DNA of 63,730 nt, the filler included, from Octopus bimaculoides (Eukaryota): NCBI RefSeq assembly GCF_001194135.2. It is 4 parts of 4 records of this genome, joined end to end, with 100 filler letters (N's around TTAATTAATTAA, not from the genome) between each part and the next. Parts side by side here need not be neighbours in the genome. Positions count along the whole stretch, not along the records: positions 44,056 to 58,848 come from NC_068992.1; positions 58,949 to 63,730 come from NW_026429021.1; 2 more parts are not named here. One strand, written 5' to 3'. The position numbers and the translations under genes were made by a program. Below the pieces are notes generated by a model that did not search any database, was not told the DNA's origin, and saw nothing but the letters and a program-made list of their open reading frames with translations. Of the stretch, positions 51,063 through 63,101 are shown in pieces (within the stretch, counting starts at the first letter, position 1; each line of letters starts with the position of its first letter).

Positions 51063-51208
51063 CTTATATCAAAGGGAAACTTTAAAAACGGAAAAGAGGA
51101 AACAAAGTTGTTTAACACAACTAAGCTCTGATATTTGTTTAGCTAAGAAATCTTTTAAATGGTAGCATTGTTAGATTGCTGGATGTCTTACTCTCACTCT
51201 ATTCGTGT

Positions 51209-51598
51209 GGAGGCGCAATGGCCCAGTGGTTAGGGCAGCGGACTCGCGGTCATAGGATCGCGGTTTCGATTCCCAGACCGGGCGTTGTGAGTTTTTATTG
51301 AGCGAAAAGACCTAAAGCTCCACGAGGCTCCGGCAGGGGATGGTGGCGAACCCTACTGTACTCTTTCACCACAACTTTCTCTCACTTTTACTTCCTGTTT
51401 CTGTTGTGCCTGTAATTCAAAGGGCCAACCTTGTCACACACTGTGTCACGCTGAATATCTTCGAGAACTACGTTAATGGTACACGTGTCTGTGGAGTGCT
51501 CAGGTACTTGCACGTTAATTTCACGAGCAGGCTGTTCCGTCGATCGGATCAACTGGAACGCTCGACGTCGTAAGCGACGGAGTGCCAACAACAACAAC
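51209..51598 (+). mobile_element. SINE family D (tRNA-derived), young full-length copy with 13-bp TSD
   Basis: A box TGGCCCAGTGG, B box GGTTTCGATTCCC, (CAA)n tail; perfect direct repeat ACTCTATTCGTGT at 51196-51208 and 51597-51609. Confidence 0.93.
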
Positions 51599-51997
51599 TC
51601 TATTCGTGTTGTCTTTGTGAGTTGAAATACTAGTCTTTCTCTTTTATCCTTAGGGACCATTGAATAAAGAACCAGTCCTCTACCGGAATAAATTTTTCTC
51701 CCCTTTTTGTGTTTACTTTTATTGAAGAAATTAGCTGTGATTAGACAGGAGATGAGATCGGTTACGCTAGTCGTTTATAAAAGCAGGTTTCTTTCTGATA
51801 ACTAAATTGAGCGTATAACATCACATTTATGTATGTAGACTTAATGAATTTCAGGGTCCGGTCATAAGTGCAACAATGAAATTTCTTTAGGGGAATGCAA
51901 ACTCAGATCCAAAATCTTTTTACAAACAAGTTTTTTTTTCAATCTTAATATCAAAACAAACAGGTTTGATAATAATTATTATCATATTATTATCATA

Positions 51998-52364
51998 GGC
52001 ATAAGGAGTGGCTGTGTGGTAAGTAGCTTTCTTACGAACCACATGGTTCCAGGTTCAGTCCCACTCCGTAGCACCTTGGGCAAGTGCCTTCTACTTTAGC
52101 CTTGTGAGTGGATTTGGTAGACAGAAGCTGAAAGAAGTCGTATATATATATATATATGTATGTTTGTGTGTCTGTGTTTGTTCCCCCACCATCGTTTGAC
52201 AACCGATGCTGGTGTGTTTACGCCCCCGTAACTTAGCAGTTCGGAAAAAGTGACCGATAGAATAAGTACTAGGCTTACAAAGAATAAATCCTGGCGTCGA
52301 TTTGCTCGAATAAAGGCGGTGCTCCAGCATGGCCACAGTCAAATGACTGAAACAAGTAAAAGAG
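51998..52364 (+). mobile_element. SINE family A, full length
   Basis: Head-to-tail match to 9860-10259. Confidence 0.9.
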
Positions 52365-53098
52365 TTTTAAAAAAAGTGTATATTTGTATATCNNNNNNNN
52401 NNNNNNNNNNNNNNNNNNNNNNNNNNNNNNNNNNNNNNNNNNNNNNNNNNNNNNNNNNNNNNNNNNNNNNNNNNNNNNNNNNNNNNNNNNNNNNNNNNNN
52501 NNNNNNNNNNNNNNNNNNNNNNNNNNNNNNNNNNNNNNNNNNNNNNNNNNNNNNNNNNNNNNNNNNNNNNNNNNNNNNNNNNNNNNNNNNNNNNNNNNNN
52601 NNNNNNNNNNNNNNNNNNNNNNNNNNNNNNNNNNNNNNNNNNNNNNNNNNNNNNNNNNNNNNNNNNNNNNNNNNNNNNNNNNNNNNNNNNNNNNNNNNNN
52701 NNNNNNNNNNNNNNNNNNNNNNNNNNNNNNNNNNNNNNNNNNNNNNNNNNNNNNNNNNNNNNNNNNNNNNNNNNNNNNNNNNNNNNNNNNNNNNNNNNNN
52801 NNNNNNNNNNNNNNNNNNNNNNNNNNNNNNNNNNNNNNNNNNNNNNNNNNNNNNNNNNNNNNNNNNNNNNNNNNNNNNNNNNNNNNNNNNNNNNNNNNNN
52901 NNNNNNNNNNNNNNNNNNNNNNNNNNNNNNNNNNNNNNNNNNNNNNNNNNNNNNNNNNNNNNNNNNNNNNNNNNNNNNNNNNNNNNNNNNNNNNNNNNNN
53001 NNNNNNNNNNNNNNNNNNNNNNNNNNNNNNNNNNNNNNNNNNNNNNNNNNNNNNNNNNNNNNNNNNNNNNNNNNNNNNNNNNNNNNNNNNNNNNNNNN

Positions 53099-53395
53099 AT
53101 TAAGTACCAGTTACGCACTGGGGGCAATGTAATCGACTTAATCCGTTTATCTGTCCTTGTTTGTCCCCTCTATGTTTAGCTCCTTGTGGGCAATACAGAA
53201 ATAAGAAACGTTAGCACGCCGGGCAAAATGCTCAGCGGTATTTCTGAGTTCAAATTCCACCGAGGTCGACTTTGCGTTTTCTCCTTTCGGGGTCGATAAA
53301 TTAAGTACCAGTTGTGTATTGGGGAGCGAACTAATCGACTGGCCCTCCCTCTCCAAAAATTTCGGGCCTTGTACCCAGAGTAGAAAAGAGTTGTT
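53099..53395 (+). mobile_element. SINE family B tail followed by a second 5'-truncated unit
   Basis: Tail ..CTTGTGGGCAATACAGAAATAAGAAACGTTAGCACGCCGGG.. then a second Nin-like domain. Confidence 0.85.
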
Positions 53396-54599
53396 AGCAC
53401 AACCAACACCATTTTGCTCTGGAGTGGAAGAAATGGATGAAATGTTTTGAGCGAGATCTTAGAAGTGGTATGTTCTTGTTGTTTACACTGCTGCTATTCC
53501 TAATGCTTATCCTTAGTTTAGTTCTGAACAGACTTTGGAATCAAAGACTTGCAATACCGACAACACTTAGAACAACATTATTAGAACACCGTTAGAATAG
53601 CATTAATGTGTGTGACCGTTTATTATTTTTTTTTAAAGACGGTAGGCCGAGATTTGTGAAATATTTGGCAACAGCCTCAGATCGAGTTGCCACATAGAAA
53701 ACTTCGTTGGCTCGGGTGATAGAGAGAAGGGTTGGCGAAAGGAGAAGATATGCAGGGTTAGGTAGAGAAGATATGCAAGGAGGTAGATTGGAAGAATAGT
53801 AGCGAAAGGGACTGGTTTACAGAATGTTGAAACACACACACACACACAAACACACTTTTCTTTCCGTCTACACCGGCTACTTTAGTTTCCGTCTACCAAA
53901 TTGACTCACAAGGCTTTTGTCGGCCTGGGGCTATAGTAGAAAACACTTGGCCACGATGTTATGCTGTGGGACTCAACCCCAAACCATTTGGTATGGAAGT
54001 GAACGTCTTATACACTACCATATGTATACATATAAAACGAAACCATCCCAAAATGTCTCTTATATTTTTGTAGTTTTCGCTGTTTAATCTACAAAAACGA
54101 AAATAGTTTTCTCTACTTTCATATATTTGTCGGTTTATTTTGGTGTAAGCAACTGTGTTTCTGACATTCGTGTCTGTGATTTAAAAAACCGTGAGTAAAG
54201 AGGGAAAGAGAGAGAGAGAGAGAGAGAGGGAGAAAGAGAGAGAAAATGTTCGCATTTTAAGGTGTGAATATTATCTTGACCTTTTAATAATGAACTGTCA
54301 AAGTTTCTATTTTAGCGCCACTGATTCTACTAAAATAAACAGTGGACATTGTTGACCTAGAAGTAAGCTTTTAATCTAAAAAGAAAAAAAAAATTAAAAA
54401 CTGCTCTTTGACAAACAGAGAACTCAATCTAAAATGGAAAAAATTACCATACAACTTGACATAGTCCAGATGAGAAGCTCTTCTATTCAAGTTATTTGTT
54501 TAAGAATGTAAATATAATAGATTAGACCATCCTTAAATATATTTTTTATTTAGCACAAGATTGCAAATATGGATATGAATAGCGGACGTCATATGTCAG

Positions 54600-54850
54600 A
54601 CGAGAGGAGAAAGTTCGACATCTGTCACATCAGATGCGTTCGTAAAATGTTGGGCATCTCATGGGAAAATATGGTAACCAACCCCGATGCCCTTTGAAGA
54701 ACAAGATTTGAGACAGCATCTTCAAACTTTAGTGAGTATCGCGTAGATAGCTTGGTTATGTACGCTGCATGAACAGAAGTCCGCATCCCAAAAGATGTTT
54801 TAGTACAGTCGGCTTCGGGAAAGTCGTCACTACATGAGATATAGTGGTGT
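54600..54850 (+). mobile_element. RTE-clade LINE RT C-terminal remnant
   Basis: ERRKFDICHIRCVRKMLGISWENMVTN..RIPKDVL matches the RTE pattern (FH.RCLRRILGISW.D.VTN..RIPK..LY). Confidence 0.75.
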
Positions 54851-55498
54851 GAGATGCACACACAAACATGTACAGTCACACACTCACACACACATATACA
54901 GATATACACGTACACACACATACTCACATAGATATATAAGCACACGTACACAAACATATCTTGCTAGAATTGTTACGGTGTCGGATAGATTGCTTTACGT
55001 TAATCGTCCGGAAACTCTGCGAGCCGAGTTTGAATCCGTCATGTATTTATTTCTGATTTTCGTTCATCCATGGTCGATAATGTACCAACCCAGTTTTAGA
55101 GTCTCCTCTTCTCTTCTCTAACTCCTTCTGTCTGTCTGTCTTGCATATTTTGACATGATATCGGCCGTAGTCAGACCTGGAGAGGGATATGCACCGCCAG
55201 GTTTAAAATTACATATATCATATGTAACAACGGTTCCCGCTAAGATTCCACCTGGGAATTGAGGGCCCAAAGCACACACACACACACACACACACACGCA
55301 TTAGTGGTGCTCTCTTTGTGACTGCAAATCATGCAATGCATACTTAAAATATCTAAATTAATTAGATGCAAATAAAATTTTAATATATCACTCTTACACA
55401 CACGCTTTATATATTCTTCTGTAACTATATGGATATGATTTTTTAAAATTGCATGAACTGAAGTTTTTTGCCTCAGGAGACGCCACAATATATATATA

Positions 55499-55547
<49 letters not shown>

Positions 55548-56537
55548 GCGCGCGCGCGTGCGTCCNNNNNNNNNNNNNNNNNNNNNNNNNNNNNNNNNNN
55601 NNNNNNNNNNNNNNNNNNNNNNNNNNNNNNNNNNNNNNNNNNNNNNNNNNNNNNNNNNNNNNNNNNNNNNNNNNNNNNNNNNNNNNNNNNNNNNNNNNNN
55701 NNNNNNNNNNNNNNNNNNNNNNNNNNNNNNNNNNNNNNNNNNNNNNNNNNNNNNNNNNNNNNNNNNNNNNNNNNNNNNNNNNNNNNNNNNNNNNNNNNNN
55801 NNNNNNNNNNNNNNNNNNNNNNNNNNNNNNNNNNNNNNNNNNNNNNNNNNNNNNNNNNNNNNNNNNNNNNNNNNNNNNNNNNNNNNNNNNNNNNNNNNNN
55901 NNNNNNNNNNNNNNNNNNNNNNNNNNNNNNNNNNNNNNNNNNNNNNNNNNNNNNNNNNNNNNNNNNNNNNNNNNNNNNNNNNNNNNNNNNNNNNNNNNNN
56001 NNNNNNNNNNNNNNNNNNNNNNNNNNNNNNNNNNNNNNNNNNNNNNNNNNNNNNNNNNNNNNNNNNNNNAAAACGGTTGTTTATAGACTTTATCCAAACT
56101 TACAATAACATCCAGTGCTAAATTCTAATTTCAAATATACCCTCAAGCTACGTCTTTTAGAAGTTCCACAGTTCCTTTCAGCAGTCACCCTTTATATTCT
56201 TACTGCTACATACAAATACCATTCCGTTCAAATTTTCAGATGACAAGGATACCCGTGGTTATATCGATACATTGTACCAATTCAAACACTAAATTTTTTT
56301 GTTTTTTCCCTCTTTGATGATGTCACCATTTCGGTACCTATGTTAAACTTCTATTTAGCGCAAGAAACCTATCCGTCACACACACGTTCCATTTTAGAGC
56401 AAATCCTAACCCTGTTATTCGTCCAGCCATCGCATGTCTCATGGTTGGATGCCACGCACTTTGACCAGTTCCGTCCACCGTTTGATAGCTTCGAATGATA
56501 CCGATATGATTAAATGTTTTATCTTTTTCAAATTTCA

Positions 56538-56568
<31 letters not shown>

Positions 56569-56579
56569 TCTATGTATGG

Positions 56580-57100
56580 CCTATGACCGCGAGTCCGCTG
56601 CCCTAACCACTGGGCCATTGCGCCTCCATAGGATTGCGGTTTCGATTCCCAGACCGGGCGTTGTGAGTGTTTATTGAGCGAAAAAAGCTCCACGAGGCTC
56701 CGGCAGGGCATGGTGGCGAACCCTGCTGTACTCTTTCACCACAACTTTCTCTCACTCTTACTTCCTGTTTCTGTTGTGCTTGTAATTCAAAGGGTCAGCC
56801 TTGTCACACTGTGTCACGCTGAATACCCCCAAGAACTACGTTAAGAGTACACGTGTCTGTGGAGTGCTCAGCCACTTGCACGTNNNNNNNNNNNNNNNNN
56901 NNNNNNNNNNNNNNNNNNNNNNNNNNNNNNNNNNNNNNNNNNNNNNNNNNNNNNNNNNNNNNNNNNNNNNNNNNNNNNNNNNNNNNNNNNNNNNNNNNNN
57001 NNNNNNNNNNNNNNNNNNNNNNNNNNNNNNNNNNNNNNNNNNNNNNNNNNNNNNNNNNNNNNAGTGCCAACAACAACAACAACAACAACAATAACAACAA
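56580..57100 (+). mobile_element. SINE family D with inverted 5' head (gap inside)
   Basis: 56580-56627 is the exact reverse complement of the first 48 nt of the 51209 copy; the forward body resumes at ~56628; (CAA)n tail. Confidence 0.88.
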
Positions 57101-57104
57101 CATG

Positions 57105-57560
57105 TATGTATGTGAAGGATAGCAGGATCCCTAAGCAGATGATATATGGGAAATTTGTAAATGGAAAGAAACCCCGGCAGGAATCAAGGCTGCGATTTAA
57201 GGACTATGTCAAGTCCTCATTAAAGGCCTGTGATATGCAGGAGACTGACTGGGAGAGCAATGCCTGTTATCAGCACAGAGGGAGTAAGCAGGTTAAGGAG
57301 GGGTCGGCACTTTTGAGAGAGCACGTATCCAGCATGAAGAACTTAAGCGAGCTGCTCGAAAGCGCACTGCTGGTGTAGTGAATGGAGAAAGCTTGGTTTG
57401 CAATGTTTGCAGTCGTGTTTGCCTGTCAAGAGCAGGGCTCATTAGCCGCCAACGGAGCCGTAAATGCAAAATATAAGTTAGTCCTAGAGTGCACAATGTT
57501 CTTTAAAGTCAGCAATGTTCTTCCTGGTCACGAGTGGACGGCCAGCATGTATGCATGTAT
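57105..57560 (+). mobile_element. RTE-clade LINE 3' fragment
   Basis: DSRIPKQMIYGKFVNGKKPRQESRLRFKDYVKSSLKACDMQETDWESNAC..; same family as 3703. Confidence 0.88.
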
Positions 57561-57624
57561 GTGTCTTGAGGAAAGCTGATATCTTGAGTGGTGAGGGGAT
57601 GGTGCACCGGTTACGTTCGACTGG

Positions 57625-58050
57625 ACACCTTATTTGAATGAAGATAGCAGGATCCCTAAACAGATATTATATGGGGAACTTGTGAAGTGGAAAGAGACCC
57701 CGGAAGAAACCAAGGCTGCGATTTTAGGACTGTGTCAAGTCCTCATTAAAGGCTTGTGATATGCAGGAGACCGACTAGGAGAGCAATGCATGTCATCGCC
57801 ACAGATAGAGGAAACAGATTAAAAGAGCACGTAATGTTCATGAAGAATTTAAGCGTGCTGCTCTAAAGCGCACTGCTGGTGTAGTAAATAGGAAAAGCTT
57901 GGTTTGCAATGTTTGCAGTCGTGTATGCTTGTCAAGAGCAGAGCTCTTTAGCCACCAACGGAACCGAAAATGCAAAAATATGTTAGTCTTAAAGGTCAGC
58001 AATGGTTTTCCTCGGTCGTGAGTGGACGGCCATCATGTATGTATGTATGT
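57625..58050 (+). mobile_element. Second RTE-clade LINE 3' fragment with (ATGT)n tail
   Basis: EDSRIPKQILYGELVKWKETRKKPRLRF*DCVKSSLKACDMQ..; ends GAGTGGACGGCCATCATGTATGTATG. Confidence 0.88.
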
Positions 58051-58848
58051 ATGTATCTTTCTATTTTTAATTTATAGTAAATTTTGACCGGTCACCTACT
58101 TGGTAGCAAGGCTGTAAAGGAGAGCATCTTGTTTTATTCATCACCCTTTACATTTTTAGAAGGTCTTGCAAAATTTTCAGTCACAGATATCATGATCATT
58201 AGTAATGTATAAATTAAGGATTTGCGTCTCTCGCCAAAACTCCAAGTTCACTCATACTAGACAGTTTGGTACGTTTCCCGTATAACAGTGTATCTTGGGT
58301 ATTTATCTAAGTTCCTTTTTGTTTTAAGTAAATTATCAGAGGTTATGAATTTCCCGTACTCCACATTTTTTTAAACGTCTAGGTTTATGTCTGCTTGAAA
58401 CAAGGAAAGGCAACTGCTGTTCTGATGACACTTGTTGAGGCAGAAATATGTGGCCAATGCATTATCGCCAGCAAAAAAACAAACAAAAAAAACAAAACAA
58501 AAAACAAAACAAAAACAAAACAAAAACAAAAACAAAAAGCAAAAACGAACATTAACAGTTGTTTGCTTTACTGACATCTGGGGATTTTTGATTCTGGACA
58601 TTACTTGCTATTCACATTCGCAGTCAGTTGTATTTAGCACTAGGCGTTTGTCCACCTTCTCTTGAAGCGAAGATACTTAAGACAAATCAAATATTTGATA
58701 TTGCATTAATCATCTTCAGTGACCAATTTCATGCCGCTGACCACCCTGAGTTATTTATCTTAACTCAATTTTATAGTATATATATATATATATATATATA
58801 GTTATCGCCAAGCCAACATGGCAGTCCAAAAATTAGGACGAAAGCTGC

Positions 58849-58948
58849 NNNNNNNNNNNNNNNNNNNNNNNNNNNNNNNNNNNNNNNNNNNNTTAATTAA
58901 TTAANNNNNNNNNNNNNNNNNNNNNNNNNNNNNNNNNNNNNNNNNNNN
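58849..58948. other. Artificial scaffold linker (44N-TTAATTAATTAA-44N)
   Basis: Identical to 19168-19267. Confidence 0.93.
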
Positions 58949-59419
58949 TATATATATATATATATATATTTATCTGCGGTAGTTTTGGTAAGCAGCGTCG
59001 ATCTTTACAATACTTTCAATAATAATATTAGTATTTTATAAGATTTAAGCTTATAAGCGATCACCGCGCAATAACTTATACATTATACATATGTATGTGT
59101 GTTGGAAAAGGTTAATTGAAAATGCTCACAAACCCTAGGAAAAAAAATCCTTCAAAATATAACATCCTGATAAAAGATTTTATAATATCCATGTATTAAA
59201 ATAAATAATTTTAAACAGTGTATTATGTAATTTTCCCAATGGCTTCTATATATATATATATATAAAGATAAAACTTACTTGGGAAAGGATACGTCGTGTT
59301 CGATCATATAGCAATATAAATAATATATAAACATATGTATATATATATATATATATACATCATGCTCAAATTTACACATATATACTTTTCTTCTCTAAGC
59401 ACAAGGCTCAGAATTTCTA

Positions 59420-59592
59420 GGGAAGGGGCTAGTCGATTAGATTGACCTCAGTACGCAACTGGTACTTGATTTATCGGCACCGAAAGGATGAAAGGCAAAG
59501 TCAATCTTGGCGAAATTTGAACTCAGAAAGTAAAGACAGACCGCTAAGCATTTCGCCCGGTGTGCTAACGTGTCTGCTAGCTCGCCGCCTTA
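59420..59592 (-). mobile_element. SINE family B, full length
   Basis: Ends CTGCTAGCTCGCCGCCTT (reverse complement of head). Confidence 0.85.
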
Positions 59593-60045
59593 ACGTTGAA
59601 AATATATTGAATAAATCTCTGTTTAAATTCTCTGTAAAGAACCGTCAGGGAAACATGCAACAGTTGTGTGTTACTTTCTTTACGTAAGCATCCTAAGGTA
59701 ATAGTTTCGACGCCTTTTACATTAAACATTCATTCGAACAAACCTATATATGTGTGCGTATGTATATTTATATATATGTGTGAGTGTGCGCGCGCGTGTT
59801 TAGAGTATTTAGGATATTACTTGAAAGAGTTATATCTAGAGAAAGAATATTTTCGAAAGAGTTAAGATGAAGAAAATAAACATTTTAGAGAGTAGAATGG
59901 TAACGTTGGGAACTAAAAGCGCTTGATCATTTATTAAAACCTACACGCAATTTGTGAAATTCTTTCCTAAAGGTTAGTACCATTCTATTCTCCAAATCTT
60001 AACTACTATTCTTAATCTTAACTACTTGAAAAAATCTTTCTCTAA

Positions 60046-60059
60046 GCACACACACACGC

Positions 60060-60112
<53 letters not shown>

Positions 60113-60152
60113 TGTATCTGTATGTATGTATGTATGTATGTATGTATGTATG

Positions 60153-60201
<49 letters not shown>

Positions 60202-60250
60202 GACTGTCTGTCTGTTTGTCTGACTGTCTGCCTGTCTGTCTGCTTATCTA

Positions 60251-60302
<52 letters not shown>

Positions 60303-60320
60303 TCTATTTATCTATCTACA
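60046..60320. repeat. Compound microsatellite (CA)n-(TATG)n-(TATC)n-(TGTC)n-(TATC)n
   Basis: Direct inspection. Confidence 0.95.
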
Positions 60321-60651
60321 TGTGCGTTTCTTGTGTATATATTAAATAAATACATATATTCATTTAATAAAATAAATGTGTCTGCAATTGCATGTGTATA
60401 TATATATGTGCACACTCACTCGCACACGCATACATACATACATACATACATACATACATGCATACATGCATACATAAGTGTACAAATATATATCTTCTAT
60501 CCTTTATTTCATTCAACTGCACTAACGCTGGGGCACCGACTTGGAGTCTTTAGTGATACAAATTAGTCCCAGTAACTATTTTAAACTGTTACACATTTTA
60601 TCGGTAACGCTTGCGAAACCTTAATGTGACAGTGATGCAAATAAGCTATCA

Positions 60652-60687
<36 letters not shown>

Positions 60688-62181
60688 TGTATGTATGTAT
60701 GTATGTATGTATGTATGTATCTATCTGTCTATCTATCTATNNNNNNNNNNNNNNNNNNNNNNNNNNNNNNNNNNNNNNNNNNNNNNNNNNNNNNNNNNNN
60801 NNNNNNNNNNNNNNNNNNNNNNNNNNNNNNNNNNNNNNNNNNNNNNNNNNNNNNNNNNNNNNNNNNNNNNNNNNNNNNNNNNNNNNNNNNNNNNNNNNNN
60901 NNNNNNNNNNNNNNNNNNNNNNNNNNNNNNNNNNNNNNNNNNNNNNNNNNNNNNNNNNNNNNNNNNNNNNNNNNNNNNNNNNNNNNNNNNNTATATATAT
61001 ATATATATATATATATATGGGTATGTACTTTATAATGATAGATTTACATAGATTCACATGTAAATATATATATTATATGTGAACATAAACGTGTGTATAT
61101 ATATATTCTTAGATACATATGTATATGTTTATGCACATACATATTAAGGCACGCATTGAAGATATATATACATAAATGTACATACTCGCACACACACATA
61201 CACACACGTGCACACACAGAGACATAAATCTCCTACGCATATAGACGTACATTTTATGCCCCACGCATACATTCCCGCGTGTCTGTACTACACTTTTATA
61301 CTTGCATGAGTGTGAGAGACAAAGAGGAATTGGGGGAGACCGAGGATGCAGGCAAAGCTGGTGCTTAAGAATTTAGCTTCGAAACTACTTGGTCTTGCAT
61401 TCTATCCTACTTGTAAAGGTGACCCAAACAAACTGTCGTCCCAATGCACCTTGGGCAAGTGTCTTCTACTATAATCTCGAGGAGAGCCAAAGGCTTGCGA
61501 GTGGATTTGGTAGACGGAATCTGAAAGAAGCCCGTTGTATTATATATATANNNNNNNNNNNNNNNNNNNNNNNNNNNNNNNNNNNNNNNNNNNNNNNNNN
61601 NNNNNNNNNNNNNNNNNNNNNNNNNNNNNNNNNNNNNNNNNNNNNNNNNNNNNNNNNNNNNNNNNNNNNNNNNNNNNNNNNNNNNNNNNNNNNNNNNNNN
61701 NNNNNNNNNNNNNNNNNNNNNNNNNNNNNNNNNNNNNNNNNNNNNNNNNNNNNNNNNNNNNNNNNNNNNNNNNNNNNNNNNNNNNNNNNNNNNNNNNNNN
61801 NNNNNNNNNNNNNNNNNNNNNNNNNNNNNNNNNNNNNNNNNNNNNNNNNNNNNNNNNNNNNNNNNNNNNNNNNNNNNNNNNNNNNNNNNNNNNNNNNNNN
61901 NNNNNNNNNNNNNNNNNNNNNNNNNNNNNNNNNNNNNNNNNNNNNNNNNNNNNNNNNNNNNNNNNNNNNNNNNNNNNNNNNNNNNNNNNNNNNNNNNNNN
62001 NNNNNNNNNNNNNNNNNNNNNNNNNNNNNNNNNNNNNNNNNNNNNNNNNNNNNNNNNNNNNNNNNNNNNNNNNNNNNNNNNNNNNNNNNNNNNNNNNNNN
62101 NNNNNNNNNNNNNNNNNNNNNNNNNNNNNNNNNNNNNNNNNNNNNNNNNNNNNNNNNNNNNNNNNNNNNNNNNNNNNNNNN

Positions 62182-62216
<35 letters not shown>

Positions 62217-62243
62217 ATATATGTATACACATATCTATCTATA

Positions 62244-62280
62244 CAGGGTGGCCCAGAAGTAGGTGAGCAGTTACCACGTA
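62244..62280 (+). mobile_element. Orphan Tc1/mariner-like TIR
   Basis: TA-CAGGGTGGCCCAGAAGTAGG.. resembles the CAGGGTG TIR class; no partner end found. Confidence 0.4.
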
Positions 62281-62468
62281 GGCACTTAAATTTTTTTAAA
62301 AAACATTTTATTACATTTAAATTTCTATCTTACAGACTGAAAAAGGAGCTTGACAAAATTAACTAACTTAGCATAGAGTAATGGTTTCATATTTTTTTAT
62401 AATTAAGATCTAAACTGTTAATATATGAATGCGAAAGTGTTAGTTGAATTACTGTAAACCTACTTTTG

Positions 62469-62561
62469 AAAAATATGTGACACTTATTTGGTAGCCATGA
62501 TAAAACTCTGAGTTTCGGATGCCGTTTTATCATGGCTACCGAATAAGTGTCACATATTTTT
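62469..62561. repeat. Near-perfect 38-bp inverted repeat with 17-nt spacer
   Basis: AAAAATATGTGACACTTATTTGGTAGCCATGATAAAAC / GTTTTATCATGGCTACCGAATAAGTGTCACATATTTTT, one T:G mismatch. Confidence 0.95.
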
Positions 62562-62910
62562 ACAGATAAATTCTTCTATTTACATAATACCGAGGTCACT
62601 TTCTTTCTTTTGTTGTCCTTTCTATCAACAATATATATATATACACACATATCGAAGTGTTAGCGCGAAGCAGTGGTTAGTCGTAAATAAACTTTAGGTT
62701 AGTTAAAATATGTTTGTGACATATTTCAAATGCTAAAAGGCAAATAAAGTGCAGTTACCGTGGAGAAAATATCTCTCTCATGGTAAAAAGTTGTGGAGAC
62801 AGCCGGTTTGTTCAGTGTCGCCATCTATCAGGAATACCAGACATCGATGTTTCGAGCTTGTTGACTCTTGTCAATGGGATGTACTTAAGAGTTAGGCGTT
62901 GCTTCTCTTA

Positions 62911-63063
62911 GGTACATCCCAGGCATGGGTGTGTGGTAAAAAAAACTTGCTTCCCAACCACATAGTTCCGGGTTCAATCCCACTACGTGGCACCTTGGGC
63001 AAGTGCTTTCTATTACAGCCTTGTGAGTGGATTTGGTGGACAGAAACTGAAAGAAGCTCCTTG

Positions 63064-63101
<38 letters not shown>

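Noticed and set aside
51209-51285. tRNA-like sequence with A and B boxes (also the heads of families A, B and C)
   Set aside because: Continues into a SINE body with tail and TSD; no complete cloverleaf or acceptor stem; not a tRNA gene
56338-56538. GC-richer unique segment with short open frames on the minus strand
   Set aside because: No splice-consistent exon or recognisable domain
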